The notes beneath the pieces are model-generated. The model saw only the letters and a list, made by a program, of their open reading frames with translations, was not told the DNA's origin and ran no database searches. The position numbers were made by a program, and so were the translations under genes. Source: Octopus sinensis (taxonomy: Eukaryota). Taken from it: a stretch of DNA of 64,000 bases. Numbering within the stretch: the first letter of the stretch is position 1; the number at the start of each line of letters is the position of its first letter. The stretch is taken from NCBI RefSeq assembly GCF_006345805.1, contig NC_043005.1, forward strand, positions 63,612,001-63,676,000, read 5' to 3'. This document shows positions 25,275 to 39,238 of this stretch, piece after piece.

Positions 25275-25440
25275 CTGTATTTCATCTGGTTCCTTACACT
25301 CTGAGTTCAAATTCTGCCGAGTTTGACTTTGCCTCTCATTCTTTCGAAATCGGTAACATAAGTACCCATTAAGCATTGAGATCAAAGCAAACGACTTACC
25401 CTTCTTCTGAAATTGCTGACCTTGTGCCAAAACTTGAAAT
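25275..25440 (+). mobile_element. SINE family A, older copy
   Basis: ctgagttcaaattctgccgagtttgactttgcctctcattctttcg..gaaattgctgaccttgtgccaaaacttgaa. Confidence 0.75.
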
Positions 25441-26934
25441 AATTATATAAATCCAGACCAGCCCTGGCGTAATTGACCTACTAACGAGGATTTTCCATCA
25501 GTGATCATTTTCTCTTTTGTGTTATAGCATATGTATGACTATATTGTCCAATGTATCGCCATTTCGAAACAGCAGGGTATGGTTATAGCTGATTTGGCTG
25601 CTGTTTCTAACAAGCCGAGTGGCTGCACAGCCACAAATCACGTTGGCTCGCTGAAGAGAGTAATGTTCAGGATATGTGATAAAACTGGATAAAATAACCA
25701 TGCCCGAATGCATTGAAACAGGTATAAATACATTTGTAACATATATAAGACTACACCAACATGGACAGTTTGGGTTGAAATATTTCGTGTTTGAGATAAT
25801 ACTGATAAAAAAATACATGATCAGTGCATCTTCATTGTATCTCTATGGAGGATTCGTTGCTTTGTGACTCACTTATAATTCATTTAAATTAACATCATAG
25901 AGAGTAACGGTTTACTAATGAATGCAGAAGTGGAGAAACAGCATAAATGATAATCAATTTCTTTGTATTCAGTAATGATTAAACTCAGATCCTACATATG
26001 CCTAAATAGCTAGGTAGAGAAGACATCTCCACTGATGTAGCAATGATCCAGGGTGTTGCATTTACTATGGATTCTTAACTAGTCGATTATAAGACTTCAG
26101 TTCCAACCAGTGAGCGAACCACTAGATGTTTTCTTTTTGGGGGTTGAGGAAGACGGGTAACATCCATGGCGATAGTAAGAAAAAGGGGGGGGGGAAGAAA
26201 CCACGACACATCAATTGCAGGAGCAGGAAGAATCACTTCGCCTCGGAGCCTTGTTCAAAATGTTTACATCAAAGTGAGCTTTCCTAAACTGATCTACGAC
26301 TCTCAGGCAAAGTTGTGAAATCCGTAACTGATGAGCTGTAAGTTGTTTAGTAAGAGAACAGCTGTTGAGAAAGCTACCATTAGTATTCTACAAATAAGGA
26401 GAAATTGTGCGTTGAACAATATAATAGTCAAACTGTTTTAAAAATATGAATTATCCACGTTACATTGCAATTGCATATCAAAATTTATATAGAATAATTC
26501 AGAGAATTACTCACCACCTACATAAATCCACAGGCCTTCGATCTGTAACTAGTCTGATAAGTGTGAACGAACGAAACTCTCAGCTCTTGATTCACGCTTT
26601 TCCTTCTGCTAAATATCATGTTGCAGACAAGAAAGTAAATTTTCAACATAGTAATGGTGTAAAGACAGCAGAGAAAAAATGGGTATGTACCCTTGTAAGA
26701 TGGGGGTGGGGGAAAGCTGCCCTCATACACCGGCCGAGTGCTCTAATCATTAAGCTAAATGTAATTACAGTAATTACCCTCAAATTCAATGCTAAGTTAT
26801 AGCTTTCAAATGCGACATCTTTTTAAACAAACTTTGGAAGCGTCGAATCTGGTTGGCATTTTGCAGGCAAGAAAGTAAATTTGATCACAGTAGAGCTGTA
26901 GGGACAGAGAACGATTAAGCATTTACCCTTAAAA

Positions 26935-27110
26935 GACAGAGATAGATAGATAAATAGATAGATAGAGAGAAATAGAGAGAGAGAGAGATGGATGGACGGA
27001 TGGACAGACAGGTAAACAATAAGATAGATAAATAGATATCTAAATGGATGGACAGACAGATAGATAGATATCTAGACGGATGGACAGGCAGGCAGGCAGA
27101 CAGACAGAAG

Positions 27111-27195
<85 letters not shown>

Positions 27196-27196
27196 G
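26935..27196. repeat. (GATA)n/(GACA)n/(GGAT)n tetranucleotide array
   Basis: Read directly; abuts the 5' truncation of the PLE fragment. Confidence 0.97.
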
Positions 27197-27800
27197 TATG
27201 GCCGGTGTATGGCGATGCTGATTCTGAATCACCAGCAGCACTCGAAGATTCATCGGATATTCTGGAAACATCTTCGTAGCAGCCACAGTTCCTCGTTTAT
27301 GATCCCGGAGAGACGTTATGCCACGTCCTTAGCCAGCCACGTGTGACACCTGATTGACGAAGGGATTCCATACGTAATCTCAAGAAAGATTTTTGAAAAA
27401 CCGGGCCCCTACATCAACGTGAGCAAGAGTTGCAAGCTGTGCACAGCCGAACTGGTGAGGATATGACAGAACTCCCTCGACCAGGAGAACATCATAAATT
27501 CCAGGACGAAAGTCTTCTGACCCTGCTTACACTTCAGACGAATTCTACTCAAATCCTGGCACCCGCAAGCCAACTAGGTGGATTTCAGATAGCGGTCTAA
27601 GGGAGACAATCCTGTGCACACGACCTTTCTCCCTTGTCGGTGTGTTCAACACCTAGTCTCGAGATCTTTTACTCCTCCACCTTGAAGAGAGGTTATAGGT
27701 CATTGGCTACTAGAGTGTGATGAGACGTTGTAAAGTTAAGCGCTTTATGGATGTGAAACCTTGGATAACCCCACAGAGCAGCCATAACTACCTTTATCTA
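27197..27800 (+). mobile_element. 3' fragment of a second Penelope-like lineage (GIY-YIG domain and Cys/His-rich C-terminus)
   Basis: AGVWRC*..STRRFIGYSGNIF (GIY-YIG-like), then SHSSSF..RYATSLASHV*HLIDEGIPYVISRKIFEKPGPYINVSKSCKLCTAELVRI*..NIINSRTKVF*PCLHFRRILLKS. Confidence 0.75.
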
Positions 27801-28376
27801 AATACTTTATTGCTCTCTAGCTTAGAGTATGCTTCTCTTTCGGACTTATGATTTACTGACAAGACACCCTCCCCACAAGTACATAAACACACACACCGAT
27901 ACATGTATATGCATGTGTGTATAAGTATGAACATGTATGTGTCAAACGGCAGCCACACATGTAGACCAATACCATGTGGTTTATCTTGCTTGGATTTCCT
28001 TCTTTGCTCCTTTTCTTTTCTATTTTCTCATGGACTCGTTTCCTCTTACTACTATCCGAGGAAGCATACTTCCGAAACTTTATATCTATCAACTATTTTC
28101 CTTTGCCTCCCAAGTCAGATTAATAGCATTAGTCGTAAACTTGTCGCACTTGATTTTGTTTTAAGTTTGTATTTTGTCCTTTGTCACACACACACATGTA
28201 TATGTAGATATATATATATGTTTATATGCAAATATGCGTCCGTCTGTTCATACGTATATGTACGCACGTATGCAAGTGTGCATGTATGTTTGTACACATC
28301 TTGAAGGCATATCTTTGTGCACGTTCAGAGATGTGCACATGGTTCTAATTGTATCAGCGAATACGCATATATATAT

Positions 28377-28429
<53 letters not shown>

Positions 28430-28483
28430 TATATATATATATATTATACATGTATGTATATAATATATATATATACATGTATG

Positions 28484-28514
<31 letters not shown>

Positions 28515-28625
28515 ATATATATATATATTATATATACAGATTCACATTTTATGTATCTCTCTCACTCTCTCTCTCTCTCTCATTCCCTCTCTCTCACTCA
28601 CTCTCTCTCTCTCTCACTCACACTT

Positions 28626-28663
<38 letters not shown>

Positions 28664-29849
28664 TGTAAGTATATATATGTATGTATATATATATGTGTAT
28701 ATATATATATATATATATACGTATTTATGTGTGTGTATATATGTGTGTGTTTGCGTATACGTATGTATGTGTACATTTAAACAAATACACACATACAGTG
28801 ATAAAGGAATACACACACGCAGGCGTATACGGGCATACACATATCGAAGACAGTAGAAACTAATTGGTATAGTCAGTTAGTAAGGAAGAGATTATAATTA
28901 TAGACTAGAAGAACGAACCGAGGGTTGTGGCGCCAGAGACAGACAATTGTTGCATGCTTTGAATGAACAATACCGTTTTAAAGGTGGAAGAATAGCCTAG
29001 ATAATAAGGATGCATGTTAAAATTGAGCAGTTAAACTGTTGCGAGAGAAGAAATAATAATATAATTTTTTGGTTTAAGGAAGCTTGAACAGCGAGAGGCC
29101 GAAACACATGGTTAACAAATTTGTGATGTTTTCATGTTAGAAAACCATGGGAGAAAGCTTACACTGTGTTTTTCTAAGTATGGAAGTAAAGCTATATGGT
29201 CTTACTTACCGTTTTCTTTTATCGTTTAATTGCTGGTAGGGACATCGTATTTCGTTTAGCAGCTATAATATAATATCGAGTATATCAAAAGGTTTATAAG
29301 TCAATACTGTTGCCTACCATTTTGTGTTAACAGAGCGATTCAATTACTTTTAAGTTATCTCTACACATATTCTATAACATTTAGGGCCAACACTGAAAGT
29401 TACGACCTTTCGTATCTGAACGCGTCCATGTACACAACACGTAATGGGTATATATATGCATATTTCAGGAGTTATTTATCATTTTATAGGAACGTATCCA
29501 ACCCTTTAACCATGTATATTACACCCATTACCCATTTTCCTATCTTCGAGCGCATTGGTTATATAGAGGCATTCGTATACGAAACATCGGGACATGCAGT
29601 GCTGTAGAGATAACTTTAAAATCCTTTACTCCTTCTTTTACTTGTTTCAGTCATTGGACTGCTGCCATCCTGAAGCAATATCTTGAACGGTTTTTGGTGG
29701 AACAAATCGACTGCGGTACTTATTTCAAAGTCTGGTACTTATTCTATCGGCGTCTTAAGACAAACCACTATGTTAAGTGGACGTAAGCAAACCAACACAC
29801 ATACAAAGACACGCACAGAAGCGTACATGCATGCACACGCACGTACACA

Positions 29850-29885
<36 letters not shown>

Positions 29886-31917
29886 TACATATACATATAT
29901 ATATTCCACAGTTTTATAATTATATTTCATTGTATTATATCATATTCACGTATGAATAACTGTCCTTCAAGCACAATATATATTTATAAGTATTTGTATC
30001 AAGTAATTTTGTTAAAAGCACAAGCAGTTTTCAGATCTGAAACAAGCTTTCAATATTATCGTTGCATTTCAATAAATCGCATAATATGAATTCCCACAAT
30101 ATGCTTTTGAATTGTATAGCCAAATTACTTTTAAGACAGTTGTTCATTTTCTTTACCTTATAATTACGAATTATTTTTCCATATATATATTGGAGTTGGT
30201 TGGAATTTTAGTCTTTATAAATGACTTTTACAGGATTTTTGCCAGGAATACGAGATGAAAGAATCTGCGATAAAAAAGGGATTGTGTGTATTATTAGGAC
30301 TTTGATTATGAAGTTCAATTGAAGATTTGGTAGTGCGATTAATGTGACAGATTAGATGCATCGTTTTAGATTCTGTATCGATTCACTGAATTAGTTGAGC
30401 AGATCCCTTTTACTTCCGCTTGGGCTTCACTGCCGAAAATATTTGCAAAATTTTTTGCATTGAACATTATACGTTAAGGAAGTAATCTTCAAATTCAAAT
30501 TACTCTTCTGCCTACAAGACTGGGCCGTGAGGGCTTTATTGCAAAGAATTTCAGTTAAGTATAGTGAACCGTTGATAACGAAAGACATTAAATAGGGCAA
30601 TGTGCAGCACATATCAGAAGATGCGAAGTAAGAACCTTTGGGTTAGTAGTCTATCGTTCTAATCATTAATTCTAGTGAAGTTCTAAAGCAAAGATGGACT
30701 ACATCAGTATTGAAAGCAGGTAGGGTATAATGAGAGTGAAGAAATTAAAGAATATTCTGTATTCAGATGTGCGCAGGTGAGGATATTGATGGATGTGTTA
30801 AAACGAAAGGAAGCTAAAATTGTCATGGTAGTTGTGGCTGTACTCTAAGAGCAGCAATAAGAACAGCAATCTACAAAATGAAATTCATCAAAAAAGAAAA
30901 CAAAACAAAGTAGGGGAATCACTATTTGATATAATTACTTCTGAATATTACACTTGATGTGAGAAACAGCATTTGAAACAAAATCCATTGAAATACTACG
31001 TGTAGAAATGTAAGTCCAATATATGTATTTAGTTAAATGTTAGTTGTTTAGCGCTTTACCAGCTCTGATTAAATATACTTCTGAAGCTATTCCTGATACA
31101 ACCAGTTTTTTTTTTCTGGCGTAGTATATCCCATCTAGAGCTAATTTTCAAGTGTATCCCCCACTTTAAATATGGGAGAATGTGATTTGAGAGAAAGGTG
31201 CATCCTATTTCTAACAGGATAGAAACCTCGTCTACGTTGAGCCAATCCTAGGTAGTAAATCGAAATATAGCATAGCAGTATATATTGCACGAAAAAATAT
31301 TCTTTGTACTTTTTGAAAAATTGTAGTGATAGAGGAATGCCATGCAGTCGGGTGGAGGAACTCTTTGCAGGTAGTTGTAGAATAAAGATTAGCTTTTATA
31401 TAAAAGAAATTAATAATATATGCGGTACAAAAGATTAACTGAACTGAATATCACACAAAAGGAATGACAATCCCAATACAGAGTTAAATTTAAATGCAGT
31501 AGCTATCGCATTGTCGACGTTTATGAATAGGGATAAGAATAATGGGCGTGCTAAACGTAAGATGGAATATAATTGTATTAAGATATAAGGCATGAATAGA
31601 TATTACATGTGCATAAGTGAGGGATCCGGTCGCGTATTCTTTGAATGTATTATACATATTTAAGTCAGTACAATGTGGAAGTTTGGTTGAGAAAATATCT
31701 CGAACTATATTTCTGTGTGGGTGTATCAAGTGCATGTATATATATATATATATAATATATATATATATTATATATATATATATATGTATGTATGTATAGA
31801 TAGATAGAGAGATAGTCACACACACACATATAATATTCCATATTTATATATGTGTGTGTGCGTGCATATATATATATATTTGTATGTATATATGTGTGTG
31901 TGTACATACGTACATAC

Positions 31918-32024
<107 letters not shown>

Positions 32025-32053
32025 CATATATATATACATATATATATATATAC

Positions 32054-32113
<60 letters not shown>

Positions 32114-32147
32114 TATAATATATACACATATGCGCGCGTGTGTGTGT

Positions 32148-32428
32148 GTTAGAGCATCGGACTCATAATTACGAGGATTAAGTTCGATTCTTGAGCAACA
32201 CACTTTATTCACGTTGTTCTACTTCTTTCACCTGTAGAAATGAGTATCGGCTTTTGACTTTCCCTTGGGTAGTAACATCGATGGCGTGGAGAGAGGAGCA
32301 CGGTATGCATGGGCAACTCCTGATCTTCTATAAACAACCTTACCCGAACATGCCCTCCTGGGGGTAACTATCTAGGTGCAATCCCATGATCATTCATGAC
32401 CGAAGAGGGTCTTTACATTTTACCCTTT
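32148..32428 (+). mobile_element. SINE family C copy
   Basis: gttagagcatcggactcataatt..gttcgattc..gagcaacacactttattcacgttg..catgaccgaagagggtcttt. Confidence 0.85.
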
Positions 32429-32598
32429 ATATCATATGTTTATATATATATATATTATATATATATATATTATATATATATATATATATCTAATGAAGGA
32501 TAAAATTACCTTCGAAAAAAATTCTTTTCCAAAAAAATTTTATCAATGGCCAGCATATAAAAGAATACCTTTAAATGCTAAATCTTTAAACAATTCAT

Positions 32599-32967
32599 AA
32601 TTAAGGGCAAACGAAAAAAATTCAAATGCCAGATATGCCGAAAAATTGGACATATTGTCCATTAACCATATAATTTTTTCACAATATGAACGCTACACGA
32701 AAAAAGGTCGACAGAAATTTCTAAAACATTCCATTATTACCATATCGGACCGATTTCAGGGTTAGCTTATAACAGCCCTCCCTTCGTCAGTGATACATGT
32801 GGCAAAAAGAAATAAATGAGATACTTACTCATACCCATGGAAGAAGCGAACACTAAGTCATGAGCACAATTAAGTACCCCAAATACATCCCAAATAGAAA
32901 TACTCCAGCCCAATTCGAGACACGTGCGATTTGAACTATCTGGCATTTGAAATTTTTTCGTTTGCCA

Positions 32968-32972
<5 letters not shown>
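32599..32972. repeat. ~36-bp inverted repeats (32599-32635 / 32937-32972) enclosing the hammerhead
   Basis: aattaagggcaaacgaaaaaaattcaaatgccagata versus tatctggcatttgaaattttttcgtttgccataatt. Confidence 0.85.
32743..32795 (-). ncRNA. Type-I hammerhead ribozyme, intact core, GUC site
   Basis: Minus strand: UAUCA-CUGACGA-AGGG agg GCU(guuaua)AGC uaa CCCU-GAAA-UCGG-UC^CGAUA. Confidence 0.78.
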
Positions 32973-33036
<64 letters not shown>

Positions 33037-33050
33037 ATATATATATATAT

Positions 33051-33422
33051 CTTTTACTCTTTTATTTGTTTAGTCCTTTGATTGGGGCCATGCTGGAGCA
33101 CCGCCTTTAGTCGAGCAAATCGAGCCCAGGACTTATTCTTTGTAAACCTAGTACTTATTCTATCGGTCTCTTTTGCCGAACCGTTAAGTTACGGGGACGT
33201 AAATACACCAGCAAGTACAGACACACACGTACACACACACATATATATGTACATATATACGACAGGCTTCTTTCAGTTTCCGTGTACCAGATCCACTCAC
33301 AAGGCTTTGGTCAGCCCGAGTCTATAGTAGAAGTCACTTGCCCAAGGTGCAGCGCAGCGGGACTGAACCCAGAACCATGTGGTTGGTAAGCAAGCTACTT
33401 ACCACACAACCACTCCTACGCC
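33051..33422 (-). mobile_element. SINE family B, full length (tRNA-like head + internal TA/TG microsatellite + tail)
   Basis: Reverse complement: ggcgtaggagtggttgtgtggtaagtagcttgc..gggttcagtccc..gaaagaagcctgtcg-(TA/TG)n-..gctccagcatggcc..aaagagtaaaag. Confidence 0.9.
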
Positions 33423-33570
33423 CATATACATATATATATCCCAGCAATAAGCTTTCAGTTTATCTTGGTTGTGGAAAGTAAGCAAAATAGTTATTCTGCT
33501 ACTCTGCCGTATGTGTCTTAGAATAAAGAACCAAATTGATTAATGATAGCCATTGCAATAACCATCGCAA

Positions 33571-33940
33571 GCATGGCTGTGTGATTAAGAAGCTCTCTAT
33601 GCAACCATGTAGTTTCGAGTTCCGAGTTCAGTCCCACAGTACAGCACCTTGATCATATGTCTTCTTGTAGCCTCAGGTAGACCACTGCATTATAAATGAA
33701 TTTGTTAGATGGTGTGTGTGTGTGTGTGTGTGTCCCCTTCTGTTTATGTTTATCTGCTATTACTGTTTGACAACCGGTGCGGGCTATTTACGTCCCCGTA
33801 TCTTAGCAGTTCGACAAGGCCGAACGATAAAATAATACCACATAAAAAAATATAGTTCCGAGGTTTATTTGTTCGACTAAACCCATTAAGGAAGCGCTCC
33901 AGCATGGCCAGAGTCTAATCACCAAGACAAGTAAGTAAAC
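33571..33940 (+). mobile_element. SINE family B, older full-length copy, head-to-head with the 33051 copy
   Basis: gcatggctgtgtgattaagaagc..gagttcagtcccac..(TG)n..acgtccccgtatcttagcagttcg..gctccagcatggcc. Confidence 0.82.
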
Positions 33941-34339
33941 AAATAGCTGATATATTTCGTATTTCGTCCTTAATTTCAAATATTTCACTGGTTGATTCCA
34001 TTGATTCCGTCAATGGAATTGAGCTGCAGCACAAACGAATATATGTATCAATACTTTTACCAACATCCACCAAATTGGGTATCTAAGATGCTTCTAAACA
34101 TTCAAATGTTTTTTATCGATGGAAACGTTATAGGGAAGAATTTCAAGTATAAAATAGTTAATAGAAATAATAGCATCATTTATCATGATGTTCTTGAAAT
34201 TTGGCACTTAATTAGGACAACTAATATTCTTTGACACACACGAAAAAAAAAGACAAAGAAAGAGAAAACAATTGTGATTTAGCGAACTGAAATTTTCCAG
34301 AAGCTATACTGAGTTATGGTAACTTAAAATATTAAAAAT

Positions 34340-34585
34340 ATGATGATGATGAGGATGAGAATGATGATGAAGCGTATGTCGTCGACATCGATGACGGGTA
34401 TCAATGATGGTTACGATAATTCTAAATTCGAGAATGGTGGAGATTTTTGAAAAATACGACGGCGACGACGAATACAGTAAAAGACAACGATGACAAAGGT
34501 AATGATGATAATGGTGATGGTGACGACAATTATGATGATGATGATGATGATGACGACGACGATTATGATGATGGTGATGATGAAG
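34340..34585. repeat. Degenerate (GAT)n/(GAC)n trinucleotide tract; nearby (GTT)n at 34845-34915 and (ATT)n at 35104-35146
   Basis: Read directly. Confidence 0.93.
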
Positions 34586-35102
34586 GGAGTTGGCGGAGGC
34601 GTAGAAACAGAAGGATGAAGATTGTGAAGGGAAAAGAAAAATGAATTGCTGAAACATCGGCTTTTGAAATAGTTAGCGGTAGGAATTTCAATTAAATATT
34701 TATCACTTGCTGATGACAGTTCTTGAAATATATTCATGGCTAGGTTTTCAATTGTATAATTGCATTACGTGTAATATTGTTCCAGCTGATATTGACAGCG
34801 TTATTAATGATGAAGTTATTGTTGGTTTTTCTACACACTTATTATTGTTGTTGTTGTTACTGTTGTATGTGATAGTCCAGTTGTTGTTGTTGTTGTTATT
34901 GTTGTTATTGTTATTTCTGTCAGAGTAAAGAAAACAGTGGAACAGTACTATATTTTTCAAAATGAATGAAAAATACTCAATGACAAATACGCATTGTCAT
35001 TATTAATAATTAACTAAACGACTAGTTTATTTTTAATGCACAATCCGCGTCCTGTAATTAATATTTTCAAATTCACAAGGAGCTACAAAACGATTATTTT
35101 AC

Positions 35103-35146
<44 letters not shown>

Positions 35147-35260
35147 TAAATTTTGCTCATCACTTTCTTCCTCTTTCTGCCGTTATTGTTTGCCGGGCTT
35201 TAACTTTTCTCTTTCCTTCTTACTTTCCTTCCATCTTCACATATTAACGATCTGTCTCTG

Positions 35261-35974
<714 letters not shown>

Positions 35975-36009
35975 CATATAAATATAAATATATATGTATG
36001 TAAATATAT

Positions 36010-36777
36010 ATCTTTGTCTTTTATTTGTTTCAGTTATTAGACTGCAGCCAGGCTGATTCATCGCCTTGAAGAATTTGTAGTTGAAGGAATGGACCCTGGT
36101 ACTAGTTCTATCGTTATCTTAGCCTAACTGCTAGGTGACGGGGACATAAACACACCAACGCTCGCTACAAAGTGGTGGAGGGAGACAAACATAGACACAA
36201 ACACACACACATACATACACACACATACACACACACACGCATATAATTCTTTCAATTTCCGCCTACCAAGTCCAGGAATAAGCCTTCCGTTGGCCCCAGC
36301 CTATAGTAGAAGGCACTTGTCCAAGGTGCTACTTCTATGGGAAGCAACTTCTTAACACACAGTAACGTCCTAATATCCATCCATCCACCCATCCATCCAT
36401 CCATCGATACATACATACATACATACATACATGTGTGTGTGTGTATGTATTCTTTTATTATTTTACTTGTTTCAGTCATTTGACTGCGGCCATGCTGGAG
36501 CACCGCCTTTAGTCGAGCAAATCGACCCCAGGACTTATTCTATCGGTCTGTTTTGCCGAACCGCTAAGTTACGGGGACGTAAACACATCAGAATCGGTTA
36601 TCAAGTGGTGTTGGTTGGGACAAACACGCACACACACACATATATATATATATACATGCATACACTGGGCTTCTTTCAGTTTCGGTCTACCAAATCCGCT
36701 CACAAGGCTTTGGTCGGTCCGAGGCTATAGTAGAATGACACCTGCCCAAGGTGCGACGCAGTGGGACTGAACCCGGA
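36010..36777 (-). mobile_element. Two tandem SINE family B copies (36010-36365, 36451-36777)
   Basis: Each has the tail ttttacttgtttcagtcatttgactgcggccatgctgg, an internal CA/TA tract and a head fragment ..cccaaggtgc..gtgggactgaacccgg. Confidence 0.85.
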
Positions 36778-36846
<69 letters not shown>

Positions 36847-36858
36847 TTATATATAGTG

Positions 36859-36890
<32 letters not shown>

Positions 36891-37004
36891 TGTATATTTC
36901 CACTGGAATTATTTCAGGAATTCTGCAGTGTTGATATAATAATAATTGATGAAGGAAACTAGTGTCAAATCGATCTACCGTTTGCTTTATGATCATTGGT
37001 ATAT

Positions 37005-37048
<44 letters not shown>

Positions 37049-37145
37049 ATATATATATAATAATAATAAATATTAGGGAATAAATCCAAATTTACAGGGA
37101 AAAAATCAGATTTAGGATTAAATCGATTTTATAGTAAAATATTAT

Positions 37146-37310
37146 AAAATATTATTCGAGACAAAACCACTATTTTGCAAAACAAACAAGGAAAGACTTA
37201 ATTAATACATAAAATTTAATAAATAGTCAAAATTTTAAAATTTTATGTATTAATTAAGTCTTTCCTTGTTGTTTTGCAAATAGTGGTTTTGTCTCGAATA
37301 ATATTTTATT
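37146..37310. repeat. AT-rich palindrome with ~70-bp arms
   Basis: aaaatattattcgagacaaaaccactattttgcaaaacaaacaaggaaagacttaattaatacataaaattt versus aaattttatgtattaattaagtctttccttgttgttttgcaaatagtggttttgtctcgaataatatttt. Confidence 0.9.
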
Positions 37311-37514
37311 ATATATATATATTATATATTATATATATATATATATAAGGTATGTAGAAAAATACAACATGGACAAGAACGTATAACTCTTAGAAGACGA
37401 TACAATAAACATGGACAGGACATTCGAACCCCTCAGTCTTCAGTCAAGAACCGGATCATCGTAGTAATTTCGGCTGATTATATATATATATATATACATA
37501 CATACATACATACA

Positions 37515-37548
<34 letters not shown>

Positions 37549-37760
37549 ATATATATATATACATTAATATATATATATATATATATTTATATATATGAAT
37601 AAAATTGTATTTGCTGCAATACTTGCAGCTTTAAATAACATTGTTCTTGGTATGAAACAATTGTACTAAACTACTAATCCATTCTTGTTGCTTTTTTCTT
37701 GGTCATATATATGAATATGTATGTATGTGTGTGGAATATAAATATTTATATTTATATATA

Positions 37761-38837
37761 TAAACTTAGATAAAGATAAACTTAGATATGTTTCGGCCAA
37801 AGATTGGTCCAGGCCATGTCTCACTTACTAGCACCACCCGATAGGATTATCTAAATCATTTAAATCAAGTTTTGTGGTATCATGGTCTATTCAAGTAGTG
37901 AGTTCTTGCTGAGTGAGTTGTATCCAGGTATAGGTGGCTTAATTGGTATTCCTTGAGGAAATGTGTCCAAACTCAGTTTAAAGGTGATGAGATCATTTTC
38001 CTCTTTGATCAGTTTTGGGACAATTGTTAAACAGAGCAGGGCCTGTTGAGGAAAAGAAATTGTGTCGCGGAGTACCTATATGTTGTGATCCTGAATTGGG
38101 CAGGGGACGTATGGTCCGTGGTCCTGGCCTTGGATGAACCTTGAAGCTAATGTTCAGGTCATTTGGGCAATGCTGATTGTATATTCTCCACATCGTGCAA
38201 ATTATGTACCGCTCGCGGTAGCGCTGGAGAGAGTAGAGTTTCATGGCTTTAAAGCGGTCCCAGTAATCGAGATCGGTTATGCCCTTAATTCGTTTATTGA
38301 ATGCCCTCTGGGGTGATTCAATTTTCAAAATGCTTTGTTTGTACGGGGAGAGCACAGGGGGCATCGGTATTCGAGGTGTAGCCGTACAAAAGAGGAAAAA
38401 AGTAGAATGATGACACCGTGTTCTCTGGACCAAGACAGATCTTAAGATCCAGGAGCTCATCCTACAAGCTATATCGATCTTATTGATGTGGACACTCCAA
38501 CTGGGACTGTTATCAATAATTACTCCTTGGTCTCTAATATTATTAGATGCTGTGAGTGGTTCTCCTGATGGTAGAGAGTATGGCTGTTGTAGTATAGTTT
38601 TTTTTCCAAAATGCGTCAGCTCAGATTTTCCCTCGTTTAGTTGGATTTTGTTTTTGTCTACTTAACTCACCGCACACAGAACAGACTGGAGTTGAGTTCG
38701 GTCTTCTTCTCTATTGATGATTTGCTGGAGCATAGTGTCATCAGAAAATATTTTCCCTTTGCACTGTTTTACAATGATGGAAAGATCGTTTATGTAGATT
38801 ATAAAGAGGAGCGGGCCCAAGACAGTCTCCTGAGGTG
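37761..38837 (-). mobile_element. 5'-truncated CR1/L2-group (Jockey superclade) LINE: RT C-terminal half and 3' end
   Basis: [26 protein letters not shown] (RT motifs), then IKGITDLDYWDRFKAMKLYSLQRYRERY and FSSTGPALFN; ends in a short tandem tail (taagtttatc)2. Confidence 0.85.
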
Positions 38838-38979
38838 ATATATATATATATGTATATATTTGTATATATATATGTATATATTTGTATATATATATGTATA
38901 TATATATATACATGTGTATATATATATATACATGTGTATATATATATATATTTACATATATATATATATTTATATATAT

Positions 38980-39023
<44 letters not shown>

Positions 39024-39154
39024 TGATAAAACGGTAAGATAACAAAAGAAAGAAAGAGACCTCAATATTATGTAAATAGAGGAAAGCAGAGTTATAACTG
39101 AGTAATTTCCCTTCATTTTTAACGGTATTTTTTCATAACATTTTCAAATAGCCA

Positions 39155-39215
39155 GATAACCGAAGAGATGGTGTTGTGGATTTCCACTTCGGCATCTGAA
39201 ACTCAGAGTTTTATC
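39155..39215 (+). ncRNA. Type-I hammerhead motif with U4>C substitution
   Basis: GAUAA-CCGAAGA-GAUG[..guggauuuccac..]CAUC-U-GAAA-CUCAGAG-U-U^UUAUC; 5-bp helix I GAUAA/UUAUC. Confidence 0.68.
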
Positions 39216-39238
39216 TTGACTACCGAGTAATGTAACAT

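Noticed and set aside
32626-32665. CQICRKIGH zinc-knuckle-like peptide
   Set aside because: It lacks the final Cys, ends at a stop, and sits within an inverted-repeat arm.
34304-34960. Poly-His, poly-Asp, poly-Asn and poly-Leu ORFs
   Set aside because: They are (GAT)n/(GTT)n trinucleotide tracts with no flanking coding signal.
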